64,000 nucleotides of DNA from contig JAGWKL010000008.1 of the NCBI GenBank assembly GCA_028865345.1, positions 9,291-73,290 on the forward strand, given 5' to 3'. Positions 17,450 through 28,012 of this stretch are shown here, in pieces. Under the pieces are notes generated by a model. That model worked only from the letters and a program-made list of their open reading frames with translations. It was not told the origin of the DNA and searched no databases. A program made the translations under genes and the position numbers. The stretch is from Candidatus Omnitrophota bacterium (GTDB lineage Bacteria > Omnitrophota > Gorgyraeia > Zapsychrales > Fredricksoniimonadaceae). Every line of letters begins with the position of its first letter. Position 1 is the stretch's first letter.

Positions 17450-18121
17450 ATGCCCCGTTTCCCCCTTCGATTGAATTTGTCAGCTGTTATATTCGACATG
17501 GATGGCGTTATCACCGATACCATGCCCTGCCACCTTCGCGCCTGGAGGTCTGTTTTTGCCGCTGAAGGCCTTTACGCCACCCATGAGGACATTTATAAGC
17601 GCGAAGGCCAGAAAGGCATTGACAGCGTGCGTGAGTTGTTTGCCGAGAAAGGCAAACCTTTTGACGAAGAGACGGCAAAAAGACTGCTCAAAAATAAAGA
17701 GGAATTGTTTAAGCGGACTTTTAAGCGTAAATTCATAGCGGGAAGCAGAAGGTTTATTAAAAAACTTAAGGCCCAAGGCTTTAAGCTGGGCCTGGTGACC
17801 GGCACTTCCCGTCATGAGGCCAGAAAGCTCATTCCCGATGCATTATGGGATTGTTTTGATGCCACTGTCTGCGGCTCGGATGTCCAAAACGGCAAGCCTC
17901 ACCCGGAACCGTATCTCAAGGCCCTGGCGGAACTTAAAATATCTGCGGACCGGGCGGTTGTTTTTGAAAACGCGCCCTTTGGCATACGTTCAGCCCGTGC
18001 TGCGGGGCTTTTGTGCATAGCCCTGGAAACATCTTTAAACTCTTCTTATTTAAAAGATGCTGATATAATATTCCCTGCGTTTAAAGCCGTTGAGTCAAAG
18101 GTCGAATTTATCCTCACATAA
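17450..18121 (+). CDS. HAD-superfamily phosphatase (beta-PGM-like)
   Basis: IFDMDGVITDT, LVTG, GKPHPEPY, FENAPFGI. Confidence 0.9.
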   Translation: MPRFPLRLNLSAVIFDMDGVITDTMPCHLRAWRSVFAAEGLYATHEDIYKREGQKGIDSVRELFAEKGKPFDEETAKRLLKNKEELFKRTFKRKFIAGSRRFIKKLKAQGFKLGLVTGTSRHEARKLIPDALWDCFDATVCGSDVQNGKPHPEPYLKALAELKISADRAVVFENAPFGIRSARAAGLLCIALETSLNSSYLKDADIIFPAFKAVESKVEFILT

Positions 18122-18982
18122 ATGAACATCCTTTTGTTTTATAAAAACAGCACGTACGCGGGGTATTTTCTCAGCGATCGCAGGCGCCTGGCCCGCCTGG
18201 AAGGGCTTTTGGATTCCGAAGAGGTCGAGCGTTTTCGCCGCACGCATTCAAACCATTTCTGGAGCCTGTCCTCTGTGGAAGCCGTCCTTAAAATGCGGAA
18301 ATTAAAATTCACCAAGGCCTGCAGGGGGTCTTCCCTCGATTACGGCAATTATGATTTGATCATTACGGTGGGAGGCGATGGGACGTTTCTGGAAGCCGCC
18401 AGGCAGGCCAAGAAACAAATCGTGTGGGGCATCAATTCCGATCCCGCCTGGAGTGTGGGCCGTTTTTGCTGCGGCAGTGCCCGGAATTTCAGCGCCTTGC
18501 TGGACAGGGTCCTGGCCGGCAAGGTGTCTTCAAGAAAATTGCAGCGTTTAAGCATTTCTTTCAGCGACGGCACGCAATCCATGAATGTGCTCAATGATAT
18601 TTTGATCTGCCACCATAATCCCGCGGCCATCAGCCGTTATTACCTGACGGTCGGTGCCTCCAGGGAAGAGCAGCGTTCTTCGGGGGTGTGGATCGCGACG
18701 GCCGCCGGTTCTTCAGGCGGCATCCATTCGGCCGGCGGTAAAATTCTGCCCCTGGAAAGCAAGAGCTTTCAATATAAGCCCCGGGAGCTTTACGGGGGCA
18801 ACAGGGTCCGTTACCGGCTCACAGGAGGGGTGCTTAAAAGCGCTCAAAAGATCGTCCTGACTTCGCTCATGCGGGAAGGGGTTGTTTTTGTGGACGGGTC
18901 CCATGTGTGCCTGCCGTTTTCTTTTGGTACTAAGGTTTTTGTCCAAGGTTCCATGGACCCTTTAAAGATCATATTCGAATGA
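18122..18982 (+). CDS. NAD(H) kinase
   Basis: VGGDGTFL, GINSDP, LNDILI, SSGVWIATAAGSS. Confidence 0.88.
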   Translation: MNILLFYKNSTYAGYFLSDRRRLARLEGLLDSEEVERFRRTHSNHFWSLSSVEAVLKMRKLKFTKACRGSSLDYGNYDLIITVGGDGTFLEAARQAKKQIVWGINSDPAWSVGRFCCGSARNFSALLDRVLAGKVSSRKLQRLSISFSDGTQSMNVLNDILICHHNPAAISRYYLTVGASREEQRSSGVWIATAAGSSGGIHSAGGKILPLESKSFQYKPRELYGGNRVRYRLTGGVLKSAQKIVLTSLMREGVVFVDGSHVCLPFSFGTKVFVQGSMDPLKIIFE

Positions 18983-19338
18983 AAGCCGTCCTTCTGGTCA
19001 GCCATGGCAGCCGGTCGCCCCGGACCAAGAAAGAAATTCTGGCCCTGGTCAACGCTTTGTTCCAAAGATTGCCTGGTGTCATCATTGAATATGCTTTTTT
19101 GGATATTGAATCGCCCGACATTCCTGAAGGAATAGATAAATGCGTCTCTCAAGGGGCCGGTGAAATAATCGTGGCCTTGAATTTCCTGAATTCCGGCCGC
19201 CACGTGAATGAAGACATTCCTGCCATTGTTGCAGAGGCGCAAAAGAAGCATCCCGGTGTTAAATTTGCCGTCACTCAACCCATCGGGCAGCATTCTCAAA
19301 TTCCCGGCCTTTTTATCGATTTGATCAATGATGTTTAA
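18979..19338 (+). CDS. Short CbiX/SirB sirohydrochlorin chelatase
   Basis: LVSHGSR, AFLD...PDI, FLNSGRHVNEDIP; 119 aa. Confidence 0.88.
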   Translation: MKAVLLVSHGSRSPRTKKEILALVNALFQRLPGVIIEYAFLDIESPDIPEGIDKCVSQGAGEIIVALNFLNSGRHVNEDIPAIVAEAQKKHPGVKFAVTQPIGQHSQIPGLFIDLINDV

Positions 19339-20422
19339 ACAAAACAGTGTTATTCCCCTGAAAGCGGGGATCCGGTATAAATTTTTTTACAAGGATTTAA
19401 TCAATTGGTACGCCAAACACAAGCGCGATCTGCCCTGGCGGCGCACCAATGATCCGTATAAGATATGGATCTCGGAGATCATGCTTCAGCAAACCACGGT
19501 CGCCACGGTCGTGGCTTTCTATGAGAAATGGATCAGGCTTTTCCCGACGGTCCATGATTTGGCCCGGGCTCCTTTACAGGCGGTTTTGAAACAATGGCAG
19601 GGTTTGGGATACTACAATCGCGCCAGGAACCTGCATCAGGCCGCCCGTATCCTTATTAAGGAACACAATGGAGTTTTGCCCCAGGACCGGCAAGCCATAA
19701 GCTCCCTGCCCGGGTTTGGGCCTTATACCACAGGATCGGTTTTAAGTATCGCCTACGACATGCCGTTGACGATTATCGACGCCAATGTCCGCAGGGTGGT
19801 GATGCGCCTCTTGGGGCTCTCCGGTGAAGCGGACACGAAAAAAGATCCCGGAATAAATGAGTTTCTGCTTAAGGTTTTGCCGGCAAAGAAAGCAGGGGAT
19901 TTTAACCAGGCCTTGATGGAGTTAGGCGCCCTGGTGTGCCGGGCTAAGGGGCCGCTTTGCCTTTCCTGTCCTGTCGGCAAATATTGCCGGGCGTTCAAAA
20001 ATGGCAGGCAGGAGATCATTCCTCGTCCCAAAAAGAGGATCATTAAAAATGTTCATGCCGTGATTGCCGTCATTAAAAAAAGGAACAGATATTTTATCCA
20101 AAAAAGGCCTTCCCGGGGATTGTTGGCGGATTTATGGGAATTCCCCGGGGGTAAAATCGAGGCCGGGGAGACAAAAAAGAATGCTCTGGCCCGGGAATTA
20201 AGGGAAGAATTAGGGGCCGGATTGGTCTCTTCAAAATATTTATTCGATGTGAAGCATTTTTATACGCAATTCAAGGTCCATTTGTCCGTCTTTTCCTGCA
20301 CATTGAGCAATGAACCCAAGGTTGGCCCTGCGCGCCAATGGGTCAGCTTTAAGGGTCTTGCCCGTTATCCCATGCCTTCCGGCAGCGTCAAAATCATCGA
20401 AAAGCTGGCTTCTTTCAAATAG
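19328..20422 (+). CDS. mutY: A/G-specific adenine glycosylase with C-terminal NUDIX domain
   Basis: RDLPWR, IWISEIMLQQT, WQGLGYYNRARNLH, LPGFGPYT, FNQALMELGALVC-X6-C-X2-C-X5-C. Confidence 0.96.
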   Translation: MMFKQNSVIPLKAGIRYKFFYKDLINWYAKHKRDLPWRRTNDPYKIWISEIMLQQTTVATVVAFYEKWIRLFPTVHDLARAPLQAVLKQWQGLGYYNRARNLHQAARILIKEHNGVLPQDRQAISSLPGFGPYTTGSVLSIAYDMPLTIIDANVRRVVMRLLGLSGEADTKKDPGINEFLLKVLPAKKAGDFNQALMELGALVCRAKGPLCLSCPVGKYCRAFKNGRQEIIPRPKKRIIKNVHAVIAVIKKRNRYFIQKRPSRGLLADLWEFPGGKIEAGETKKNALARELREELGAGLVSSKYLFDVKHFYTQFKVHLSVFSCTLSNEPKVGPARQWVSFKGLARYPMPSGSVKIIEKLASFK

Positions 20423-20452
20423 CAGTCAAAGAGATTTTTAAAACGTTTTAGC

Positions 20453-20506
20453 TTGACAAAATTTCCTTGCGTGATATACTTACTTACATTATCAACTTAG
20501 TAATGT
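20453..20506 (+). promoter_or_regulatory. sigma70 promoter plus palindromic operator of the cys cluster
   Basis: TTGACA-16 nt-TATACT; ACATTA-N9-TAATGT at 20486-20506. Confidence 0.6.
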
Positions 20507-20524
20507 TAAATATCGGAGCAATTG

Positions 20525-20761
20525 ATGGCGCCCCTTACGGTCAAAGACAAGCATTGGAGAAGCGTTGCCAAATCTGTTTCCTGGCGCCTGACAGGTACCA
20601 TAGATACGATCATCATATCCTGGCTGATTACGCACAGGCTGCAGATTGCGCTCACAATAGGATCAATAGAACTTTTTACTAAGATGGTCCTTTATTATTT
20701 GCATGAGCGGGCCTGGGAAAAGGTCAAGATAGGGCGTACCGTGGTTGATTATGAAATCTAG
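20525..20761 (+). CDS. DUF2061 family membrane protein
   Basis: RSVAKSVSWRLTGTIDT...KMVLYYLHERAW; typical of cys clusters. Confidence 0.85.
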   Translation: MAPLTVKDKHWRSVAKSVSWRLTGTIDTIIISWLITHRLQIALTIGSIELFTKMVLYYLHERAWEKVKIGRTVVDYEI

Positions 20762-20770
20762 GAGACGTGT

Positions 20771-21193
20771 ATGAAGGTTTCCGCAAGGATGGATTACGCG
20801 GTCCGGGCGCTTTTGGAGCTTGGCTTGCATTGGCCGGACACCCAGCCTCTGCAATTGGAAGGCATCAGCCGCCGCGCGGGTGTGCCGCAAAAATTTTTGA
20901 TCCATATTTTGATTGACCTCAAAAATCTTGGGGCGGTAAACAGCATCCGCGGCAAAAAGGGGGGGTATGTTCTTGGGGAAGATCCCAGGAAAATCAATCT
21001 TGCCGCCATTGTCAGGCGGCTGGGGGGGATAGGTTCTTTTGAGGAAGAAAAAAGAAAAAAGAAAAATGACAGTGTCAGCCTTTTATGGAAGGAAATAGAC
21101 AAAAGCATCATCGAAAAACTCGAGAAAATCAGCCTGGAAGACCTGTGCAACCGCCAGCGTCAGGCGGTCAAAACCCTGAGTTTCGATATCTAA
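20771..21193 (+). CDS. Rrf2 family transcriptional regulator (CymR-like)
   Basis: [26 protein letters not shown]; lacks the IscR Cys triad; heads cys genes. Confidence 0.9.
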   Translation: MKVSARMDYAVRALLELGLHWPDTQPLQLEGISRRAGVPQKFLIHILIDLKNLGAVNSIRGKKGGYVLGEDPRKINLAAIVRRLGGIGSFEEEKRKKKNDSVSLLWKEIDKSIIEKLEKISLEDLCNRQRQAVKTLSFDI

Positions 21194-21218
21194 AAATCCA
21201 ATAATAGTGGAGGGGACC

Positions 21219-22154
21219 ATGAAAATAGCAAATGATATTACGGAATTGGTCGGTAACACGCCGCTGGTGCGTTTAAACAAGGTCACCAAGGGCAGTCAGG
21301 CGACGGTGGTTGCCAAACTTGAATTCTACAATCCTTTGCATTCCGTCAAAGACCGCATTGGGTTTAATATGATCCGTGCCGCCGAGAAAGCCGGCAAAAT
21401 CAAAGCGGATACGGTGATCATCGAACCCACATCGGGCAATACAGGCATTGCCCTGGCCTTTGTTTGCGCCGTCAAAGGCTATAAGTTAATGTTGGCCATG
21501 CCGGAGACCATGAGCCTGGAGAGGCGCGCCTTGCTTAAGGCCCTGGGCGCGGATTTGATATTGACCCCAGGCGCGCAAGGGATGAAGGGGGCCATCAATA
21601 AGGCCAAGGAAATCCATGATTCCGATCCCAATAAATATTTTATGCCCCAGCAATTCGACAATTCCGCCAATGTGGAGATCCACCGTTTGACCACGGCCGA
21701 AGAGATCTGGCGCGATACCGACGGCAAGGTCGACATCCTGGTGGCCGGTGTCGGTACCGGCGGCACCATCACCGGTGTCGCCCAGGTGATCAAACCGCGC
21801 AAAGCGTCTTTTAAAGCCATTGCGGTCGAGCCCAACACTTCCGCCGTTTTGTCCGGCGGGCAGCCGGGGCCTCATAAGATCCAGGGTCTGGCTGCAGGGT
21901 TCATCCCCAGCATCGTGGACACCAAACTCCTTGATGAGATCGTCCAGGTGACCAATGACGAAGCTTTTGCCATGGCTAAAAGGGTCATCCGTGAGGAAGG
22001 CATCCTTTGCGGCATTTCATCCGGAGCTAATGTGGCTGCGGCCTTAAAAGTCGCCTCCAGGCCGGAGAATAAGGACAAGTTGATCGTCGTGATCATTCCC
22101 GACACGGGAGAACGTTATTTATCGACCGATTTATTCGCGGAATACAGGTCTTAG
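21219..22154 (+). CDS. cysK: Cysteine synthase A
   Basis: [48 protein letters not shown]. Confidence 0.97.
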   Translation: MKIANDITELVGNTPLVRLNKVTKGSQATVVAKLEFYNPLHSVKDRIGFNMIRAAEKAGKIKADTVIIEPTSGNTGIALAFVCAVKGYKLMLAMPETMSLERRALLKALGADLILTPGAQGMKGAINKAKEIHDSDPNKYFMPQQFDNSANVEIHRLTTAEEIWRDTDGKVDILVAGVGTGGTITGVAQVIKPRKASFKAIAVEPNTSAVLSGGQPGPHKIQGLAAGFIPSIVDTKLLDEIVQVTNDEAFAMAKRVIREEGILCGISSGANVAAALKVASRPENKDKLIVVIIPDTGERYLSTDLFAEYRS

Positions 22155-22176
22155 CATAATATAAGAAGGGGTTATC

Positions 22177-22908
22177 TTGCAGACAGAACAAATCAAACAA
22201 CTCAATGCGCAGGCTCATGGCCTCGATGCTCCGGGGATCATTAAACTGGCCGAAAGCCGGTTCGGCTCCAGGGTCAGCTTTGCCACCAGTTTGGGGGAAG
22301 AGGACCAGGTCATCACGGACATGATAGCCTCCCTGACTCCGGGGGTGGAAATATTCACCCTGGACACCGGCCGGCTGTTTGCCGAAACCTATGAGTTGAT
22401 GGCCCAAAACCAGAAAAAGTACAGCCGGCTTAATTTCAGGATTTATTACCCCGACACTAAATCCGTGGAGGAGATGGTGCGCTCCAAGGGGATAAATTTA
22501 TTTTATGAAAGTGTTGAAAACCGCAAACTCTGCTGCCATGTCCGCAAGGTCGAGCCCTTACAACGCGCCCTGGCCGGCAAGGACGCCTGGATTGTGGGTT
22601 TACGGCGTGACCAGGCCGTCACGCGCTCGGCCCTGGAGCCGGTGGAATGGGACGGGGCCAATCAAAAGATCAAATTTAATCCGCTTTACAACTGGTCCCT
22701 TCAGCAAGTCAGGGACTATGTCAAGCAGCATCATGTTGATGTCAATCCCTTGCATGCCCAAGGATTTGTCTCCATCGGATGCGCGCCATGCACCCGCGCC
22801 GTCAAGCCGGGGGAAGATCTGCGCGCCGGGCGCTGGTGGTGGGAGACGCCCGAAGGCAAGGAATGCGGTTTGCATAACAATCCAAAATGGAAAGGCGCCT
22901 CCAAGTGA
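22177..22908 (+). CDS. cysH: Adenosine 5'-phosphosulfate reductase (4Fe-4S type)
   Basis: [39 protein letters not shown]; TTG start. Confidence 0.93.
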   Translation: MQTEQIKQLNAQAHGLDAPGIIKLAESRFGSRVSFATSLGEEDQVITDMIASLTPGVEIFTLDTGRLFAETYELMAQNQKKYSRLNFRIYYPDTKSVEEMVRSKGINLFYESVENRKLCCHVRKVEPLQRALAGKDAWIVGLRRDQAVTRSALEPVEWDGANQKIKFNPLYNWSLQQVRDYVKQHHVDVNPLHAQGFVSIGCAPCTRAVKPGEDLRAGRWWWETPEGKECGLHNNPKWKGASK

Positions 22909-22916
22909 ACCAAACA

Positions 22917-23798
22917 ATGGACAAATTAGACGCCCTGGAATCTCAAAGCGTTTATATATTGCGTGAAGCTTACCGCGAATTCAAGTCCCTGGTGATGTTG
23001 TGGTCCATCGGCAAAGACTCCACGGTGCTTCTGTGGCTGGCGCGCAAGGCCTTTTTCGGCCATGTGCCGTTTCCCCTGGTGCATATCGATACCAGCTATA
23101 AGATCCCTGAAATGATCCGCTACAGGGATGAACTTGCGCTCAAGTTCAAATTGAACATGATCGTGGGACAGAATACCATGGCCCTGAAGGAAAAACGCAC
23201 ATTTCCCGACGGCACCCTGGACCGCATCAATTGCTGCAAGGCCTTGAAGACCGATGCGCTGAAAAACACCCTTGCAGGCAGCTGGCCGCGCCTGCGCCTT
23301 AACCATCAGAGCGCTAAGTACGAGGTGGATACCAATACAGAACCGTATACCGGAGTCATCGTCGGTGCCCGCGCGGACGAGGAAGGTTCCCGTTCCAAGG
23401 AACGCTATTTTTCCCCGCGTGACCGCAACAGCGATTGGGATGTCGGCGACCAGCCGCCGGAATTATGGAACCAGTTCAAGACGGACTTTGCCCCGGGCAC
23501 CCATATCCGCATCCACCCATTGCTGGATTGGACGGAACTCAATATTTGGGAATACATCCAGCGTGAGAACATTCCCATCACTCATCTGTATTTTGACCAG
23601 GGCAACGGCAAACGCTACCGTTCATTGGGCTGCTATCCCTGCACCATGCCGGTCGAGTCCCATGCTCAAAACGTGGACGATATCGTCAAGGAATTGCGGG
23701 AAGGCAAATTCAAGAACATTGCCGAGCGCTCCGGCCGCGCCCAGGACAAGGAAGACGGCGGCGGCCTTGAGACCCTGCGCAAGGAAGGGTACATGTAA
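22917..23798 (+). CDS. cysD: Sulfate adenylyltransferase small subunit
   Basis: [35 protein letters not shown]. Confidence 0.95.
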   Translation: MDKLDALESQSVYILREAYREFKSLVMLWSIGKDSTVLLWLARKAFFGHVPFPLVHIDTSYKIPEMIRYRDELALKFKLNMIVGQNTMALKEKRTFPDGTLDRINCCKALKTDALKNTLAGSWPRLRLNHQSAKYEVDTNTEPYTGVIVGARADEEGSRSKERYFSPRDRNSDWDVGDQPPELWNQFKTDFAPGTHIRIHPLLDWTELNIWEYIQRENIPITHLYFDQGNGKRYRSLGCYPCTMPVESHAQNVDDIVKELREGKFKNIAERSGRAQDKEDGGGLETLRKEGYM

Positions 23799-25603
23799 TG
23801 GCAAGTCAACGCCAACAGATGAACGTGGTCATCGTCGGCCATGTGGACCACGGCAAAAGCACCCTGGTGGGCCGCCTGTTGGCGGACACCGGCTCCCTGC
23901 CTGAAGGCAAGCTGGAAGCGGTCAAGGCCCAGTGCAAGCGCAACGCCAAACCCTTTGAATACGCCTTTTTATTGGACGCCCTTAAAGATGAGCAGGCCCA
24001 GGGCATCACCATCGACACGGCCAGGTCTTTTTTTAAATCGTCGAAGCGCGACTACATCATCATTGACGCTCCCGGCCATATTGAATTCTTGAAGAACATG
24101 ATCTCCGGCGCCGCCCGTGCCGAAGCGGCGCTTCTGGTCATAGACGCCCATGAAGGCATTAAAGAAAATTCCAAGCGCCATGGGTACATGATGCGCTTTT
24201 TGGGCATCAAAAATATCGCTGTGTGCGTCAATAAGATGGATTTGGTCAATTACGACCGGGCGGTCTTTGAGCGCATCCAGGCGGATTATGTTAAATTTTT
24301 GAAAGAAATCGACCTTGCCCCTCAAGCGTTTATCCCTATAGCCGCTTTTTGCGGGGACAATATGACTGGGCCTTCTTCCCGAATGCCCTGGTATCAAGGC
24401 GGGTCTGTATTGGACGTGCTGGACGGTTTTCAAAAGGCCGCCCCTTTGGATCAATTGCCGTTTCGCATGCCGGTGCAGGACATCTACAAATTCACGGAAA
24501 GCGGGGACGATCGCCGCATTGTCGCCGGCCGTGTGGAAACCGGGTCCGTCAGGACGGGGGATGAGGTGATCTTTCTGCCTTCGGGCAAGAAAAACCGCAT
24601 TAAGACCGTCGAGTATTTCAACGGCCCCCCGCGGTCAGGCGCCCGGGCCCAGGAAAGCATCGGATTTACCTATGATACGGAAATTTATATCCGTCCCGGG
24701 GAGGTCTTATGCAGATATTCACAGAAATTGCCGCATGTCAGCAATAAGTTCCGCGCCAATGTGTTCTGGATGGGCAAGCAGCCGCTCATCAAGACCAAGA
24801 CCTATAAACTGAAAATAGCCACCCAGCAAGTGCCCGTGATCGTGGCGGACATTATCCATGTGCTTAACGCCGCGGAATTGGCATCGAGTCACAAGCCGCA
24901 TGTGGACCGCCACGAGGTGGGGGAGATCATTTTTGAAACTTTAAAGCCGATTGCTTTTGACACGGTCAACGAGATCGCCCCCACCGGCCGGTTTGTCCTG
25001 GTGGATAATTATGAGATCGCCGGGGGCGGAATCATCCTGGCACCTGTTTTTGACAGCGACTCGAGCCTGAACCAGCACATCAAAAAGCGCGATTATGGCT
25101 GGGAGCGTTCCCAAATAACGCCCCCTCTGCGCGCCCAAAAATACGGGCATAAATCCGCCTTGATCATCATCGCCGGGAAAATCGACACCGGCAATCAGCG
25201 GATCGCCAAGGCCATGGAAGAGGCCTTGTTCAATTTGGGAAAGAACGTTTATTTCCTGGGGATTTCCAACCGCCTGAACCTCGCCGCGTCGGATTCCAAA
25301 GATAAGACCCTGGGCAGATATGACGCCCTTGTGCAATTGGGCGAATTGGCCCACCTGATGACGGACGCCGGCCTGATCTTGATCACCAGCATCACGGACA
25401 TCGATCAATACGATCTGGGCATGTTAAAAAAGCTCAATAATCCCAACCGCACCCTGGTCATTTACGTCGGCCAGGAGGAGAGGTTGGCCTTGGAAAACAT
25501 AGACCTGCTGCTGCCTGAAAACGAAAGGTCTGAAGCAGCCGTTAAAAAGATCGTCGATCTTTTGGTCAAGGCCGTTGTTTTGGACCCCGAATATGAGATC
25601 TGA
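23798..25603 (+). CDS. cysN: Sulfate adenylyltransferase large subunit with degenerate APS-kinase-like tail
   Basis: [24 protein letters not shown]; C-terminal CysC-like domain lacks P-loop GK(S/T). Confidence 0.93.
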   Translation: MASQRQQMNVVIVGHVDHGKSTLVGRLLADTGSLPEGKLEAVKAQCKRNAKPFEYAFLLDALKDEQAQGITIDTARSFFKSSKRDYIIIDAPGHIEFLKNMISGAARAEAALLVIDAHEGIKENSKRHGYMMRFLGIKNIAVCVNKMDLVNYDRAVFERIQADYVKFLKEIDLAPQAFIPIAAFCGDNMTGPSSRMPWYQGGSVLDVLDGFQKAAPLDQLPFRMPVQDIYKFTESGDDRRIVAGRVETGSVRTGDEVIFLPSGKKNRIKTVEYFNGPPRSGARAQESIGFTYDTEIYIRPGEVLCRYSQKLPHVSNKFRANVFWMGKQPLIKTKTYKLKIATQQVPVIVADIIHVLNAAELASSHKPHVDRHEVGEIIFETLKPIAFDTVNEIAPTGRFVLVDNYEIAGGGIILAPVFDSDSSLNQHIKKRDYGWERSQITPPLRAQKYGHKSALIIIAGKIDTGNQRIAKAMEEALFNLGKNVYFLGISNRLNLAASDSKDKTLGRYDALVQLGELAHLMTDAGLILITSITDIDQYDLGMLKKLNNPNRTLVIYVGQEERLALENIDLLLPENERSEAAVKKIVDLLVKAVVLDPEYEI

Positions 25604-25701
25604 TCGAAAGGTTTCGTTTTTTCTTTGCACTTGTCCAAGGAAGGTGTAGGATATACCAAATTTGGTGTTATCCAACCATAATTCAAAAAGGAGAAATTAG
25701 T

Positions 25702-25998
25702 ATGAAAAAAGTTTTAACAGCTGTCATCTTCTGTGCGTTCGCTTTAACAGGGGCCAGTTTTGCCCAAACTCCGCCGTCTGCCGGACCGGCCATGAGTTCC
25801 CCTCAAATGATGCAAATGCATCATAAGCGCCATGAGCGTCATCCTGAAATCATGAGGGCGGCGCGTAAACTACGGTTTGCCAAGCGGGATTTGGAAAGAG
25901 CCGCCCATGATTTCGGCGGGCACAGGGTCAAGGCCATCGCTGCGATTGACGAGGCTTTAAGAGAATTGCATGAAGCCATGATGTACGATAAAAAATAA
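25702..25998 (+). CDS. Small exported His-rich helical protein
   Basis: AGGAG RBS; signal peptide ending ASFA; HHKRHERHPEI...AHDFGGHRVKAI. Confidence 0.85.
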   Translation: MKKVLTAVIFCAFALTGASFAQTPPSAGPAMSSPQMMQMHHKRHERHPEIMRAARKLRFAKRDLERAAHDFGGHRVKAIAAIDEALRELHEAMMYDKK

Positions 25999-26027
25999 GG
26001 ACAACGGCGGTTTCTGATAAAAGGGTG

Positions 26028-26070
26028 ACGGGCACTTTTATTTTAAATAAAGGTGCCCGTTTCCTTTTTT
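26028..26070. terminator. Bidirectional terminator between convergent genes
   Basis: ACGGGCACTTTTATTT / AAATAAAGGTGCCCGT inverted repeat with flanking T/A runs. Confidence 0.75.
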
Positions 26071-27892
26071 AATCGATAACGCAGTCTGCCGGCAGTGTTT
26101 TGGCCATCAGATCGGCCGTGGCAGGATTTTCTTTGAGATGGGAAATGATGGCTTCCATGCCGATACGGCGGTGAAAATACCCGACGCTTTCATCAAGACG
26201 GGCATGGGCCTTCCAGTTTTTAAGCAGCGCATCGATGATCTGGGCCACGCGTTCGCGGGGGATGGATTTAAGATAGATGCCGCTGCCGTCGGCAGAAACC
26301 AGGGGCAGGCCCTGATGGCGGGCGTCTTCGCTGCCCATCAATTTCAACTGGTAGCGATTAAACCCTGATCCCACCAGGCCGAAGGTTTTGGTGGCAGGCC
26401 TGAAGCACTGGCGCTCACAACCGGTGATCCCGATAGACTCTTTCAAATCGCCCCAGCCCATGGCTTCCAGTTGGTCGATCAATTCCGGTTCAAATCTTTC
26501 AGAGTCCGTATAGGTCAACCGGCAGGTGTCCCTGCCCACACAGGCGCCGGACAACAGGCGCAGGGTGGAATAGGGCCTGCCGTGACGCTCTCCGTACCCG
26601 AATTTTTTAAGGTCTGCTTCAAACGCGGATTTCATCTCTTCAGGCAAATTGATGAACAAGGCGTCCTGGTTGGGGGTGATCATGAACTGAACAGGATAGG
26701 TGTTCATCAAATGGCGGCACAAAGTCTTCAACGGGCCGTTGGGAGACCCGTCGATAATGCGGCCGTTTTCAATATACATACCGTAAGCCCACAGGCCGTT
26801 GGAGGGTTGTTTGGTCCAGCCATGGTGCATATGGCGGCATCCGGGGTCGAGATCAGGGATGGGCAACTCCAATTTCACCCCCAGGATTTTCTCCACCTCT
26901 TCGCGGTACCAGGCGATGCCCATTTTCTTGACCACGAATTTGACCCTTGCCCAGACGCGGTTTTCCCGGTCGCCCCAGTGCTGGTGCACCTTGACAACAG
27001 CATCCAGGGTCTTTAATAGATCCGCTTCATTCACCTGGGCCAGCGGCCGGCTGAAGCAGGCCATGGAAGGCTTGCCGTTGCGTTCGCCTTGCCCGCCGCC
27101 GACGTAAATTTGGAATTTGACTACCTTATTGTCTTTAATGACGGGCACAACGCCGGCATCATCACTCAATACTTCCGCGCAGTTGTCAGGGACCAGATTC
27201 CCCCGGGCGTCCTTGTGCACGGTGGCAAAACCGATCTTGAATTTACGGTTGAGCAGATTCTTGCCGTAAGCAAACGATTCTCCGGGCTTGCGGACCTTGG
27301 AGGGGTCAATTTGCCAAACGGAAATAAAAGGCTCCATGGGAAGCTGAAAATAAGCGCCGCATTTGCGTGCCAAGGCATTGGTGTCGATGACATCTGAAAA
27401 ATGGTCCAGCGGGCAGCCCATGACATTGCGGGTATTGTCCCCGCAGCCGTTGAGCGTGTTCAGCCCTGATTCAGCCAGGGCTTTCACAAGGAGTGCCACA
27501 TGCTGTTTTCTGATCCAGTGAAACTGGATGTTCTGGCGGTTGGTCAGGCGTATGGAGGGGCGGCCATCCGGGTTTTTGGTGTATTTTTCGGTCAGCTCGT
27601 CGATGATATTGTATTGTTCCCTGGTCAGGGGGCCGCCGCCGGGGATGCTGATACGCATCATAAAGATCCATTCCTTGTTGCCGGCGGCTTCTTTATTGCG
27701 GTTGAATTCAAGATAAATGCCGTGGGATTTGGCCACCTGCTCGGTTTCCCAGGCCACATCGTCCCTGCTCAAATCGGCGAAATCGGAGCGCAGGTTGCCG
27801 ATGATGGAGTTGGCCGCGATCTTATTGAGTTCCTCTTTGGAGAACTTTTCAGGCGGCGTATTGAAGTTGGGGGTGCATGGTTTACGGTTCAT
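26069..27892 (-). CDS. Siroheme/4Fe-4S sulfite (nitrite/sulfite family) reductase hemoprotein
   Basis: RLTNRQNIQFH, GCGDNTRNV, NRKFKIG, ACVGRDTC and ITGCERQC ligand motifs; next to cys cluster; start placed at ATG 27892. Confidence 0.88.
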   Translation of the reverse strand: MNRKPCTPNFNTPPEKFSKEELNKIAANSIIGNLRSDFADLSRDDVAWETEQVAKSHGIYLEFNRNKEAAGNKEWIFMMRISIPGGGPLTREQYNIIDELTEKYTKNPDGRPSIRLTNRQNIQFHWIRKQHVALLVKALAESGLNTLNGCGDNTRNVMGCPLDHFSDVIDTNALARKCGAYFQLPMEPFISVWQIDPSKVRKPGESFAYGKNLLNRKFKIGFATVHKDARGNLVPDNCAEVLSDDAGVVPVIKDNKVVKFQIYVGGGQGERNGKPSMACFSRPLAQVNEADLLKTLDAVVKVHQHWGDRENRVWARVKFVVKKMGIAWYREEVEKILGVKLELPIPDLDPGCRHMHHGWTKQPSNGLWAYGMYIENGRIIDGSPNGPLKTLCRHLMNTYPVQFMITPNQDALFINLPEEMKSAFEADLKKFGYGERHGRPYSTLRLLSGACVGRDTCRLTYTDSERFEPELIDQLEAMGWGDLKESIGITGCERQCFRPATKTFGLVGSGFNRYQLKLMGSEDARHQGLPLVSADGSGIYLKSIPRERVAQIIDALLKNWKAHARLDESVGYFHRRIGMEAIISHLKENPATADLMAKTLPADCVID

Positions 27893-28012
27893 AGGAACGC
27901 TTATTTTAACTGAATACCGACGAAAGTCAATATAACTGTGCAATTATGGAAGGTCTATTTGGTTTAGGAAAAAGTGCCCCCTTTTTATTTTTTATGATAA
28001 GATGAATTTCCA

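Noticed and set aside
20467-20682. 71-aa ORF overlapping the cys promoter
   Set aside because: It starts inside the promoter and overlaps the DUF2061 gene in another frame.
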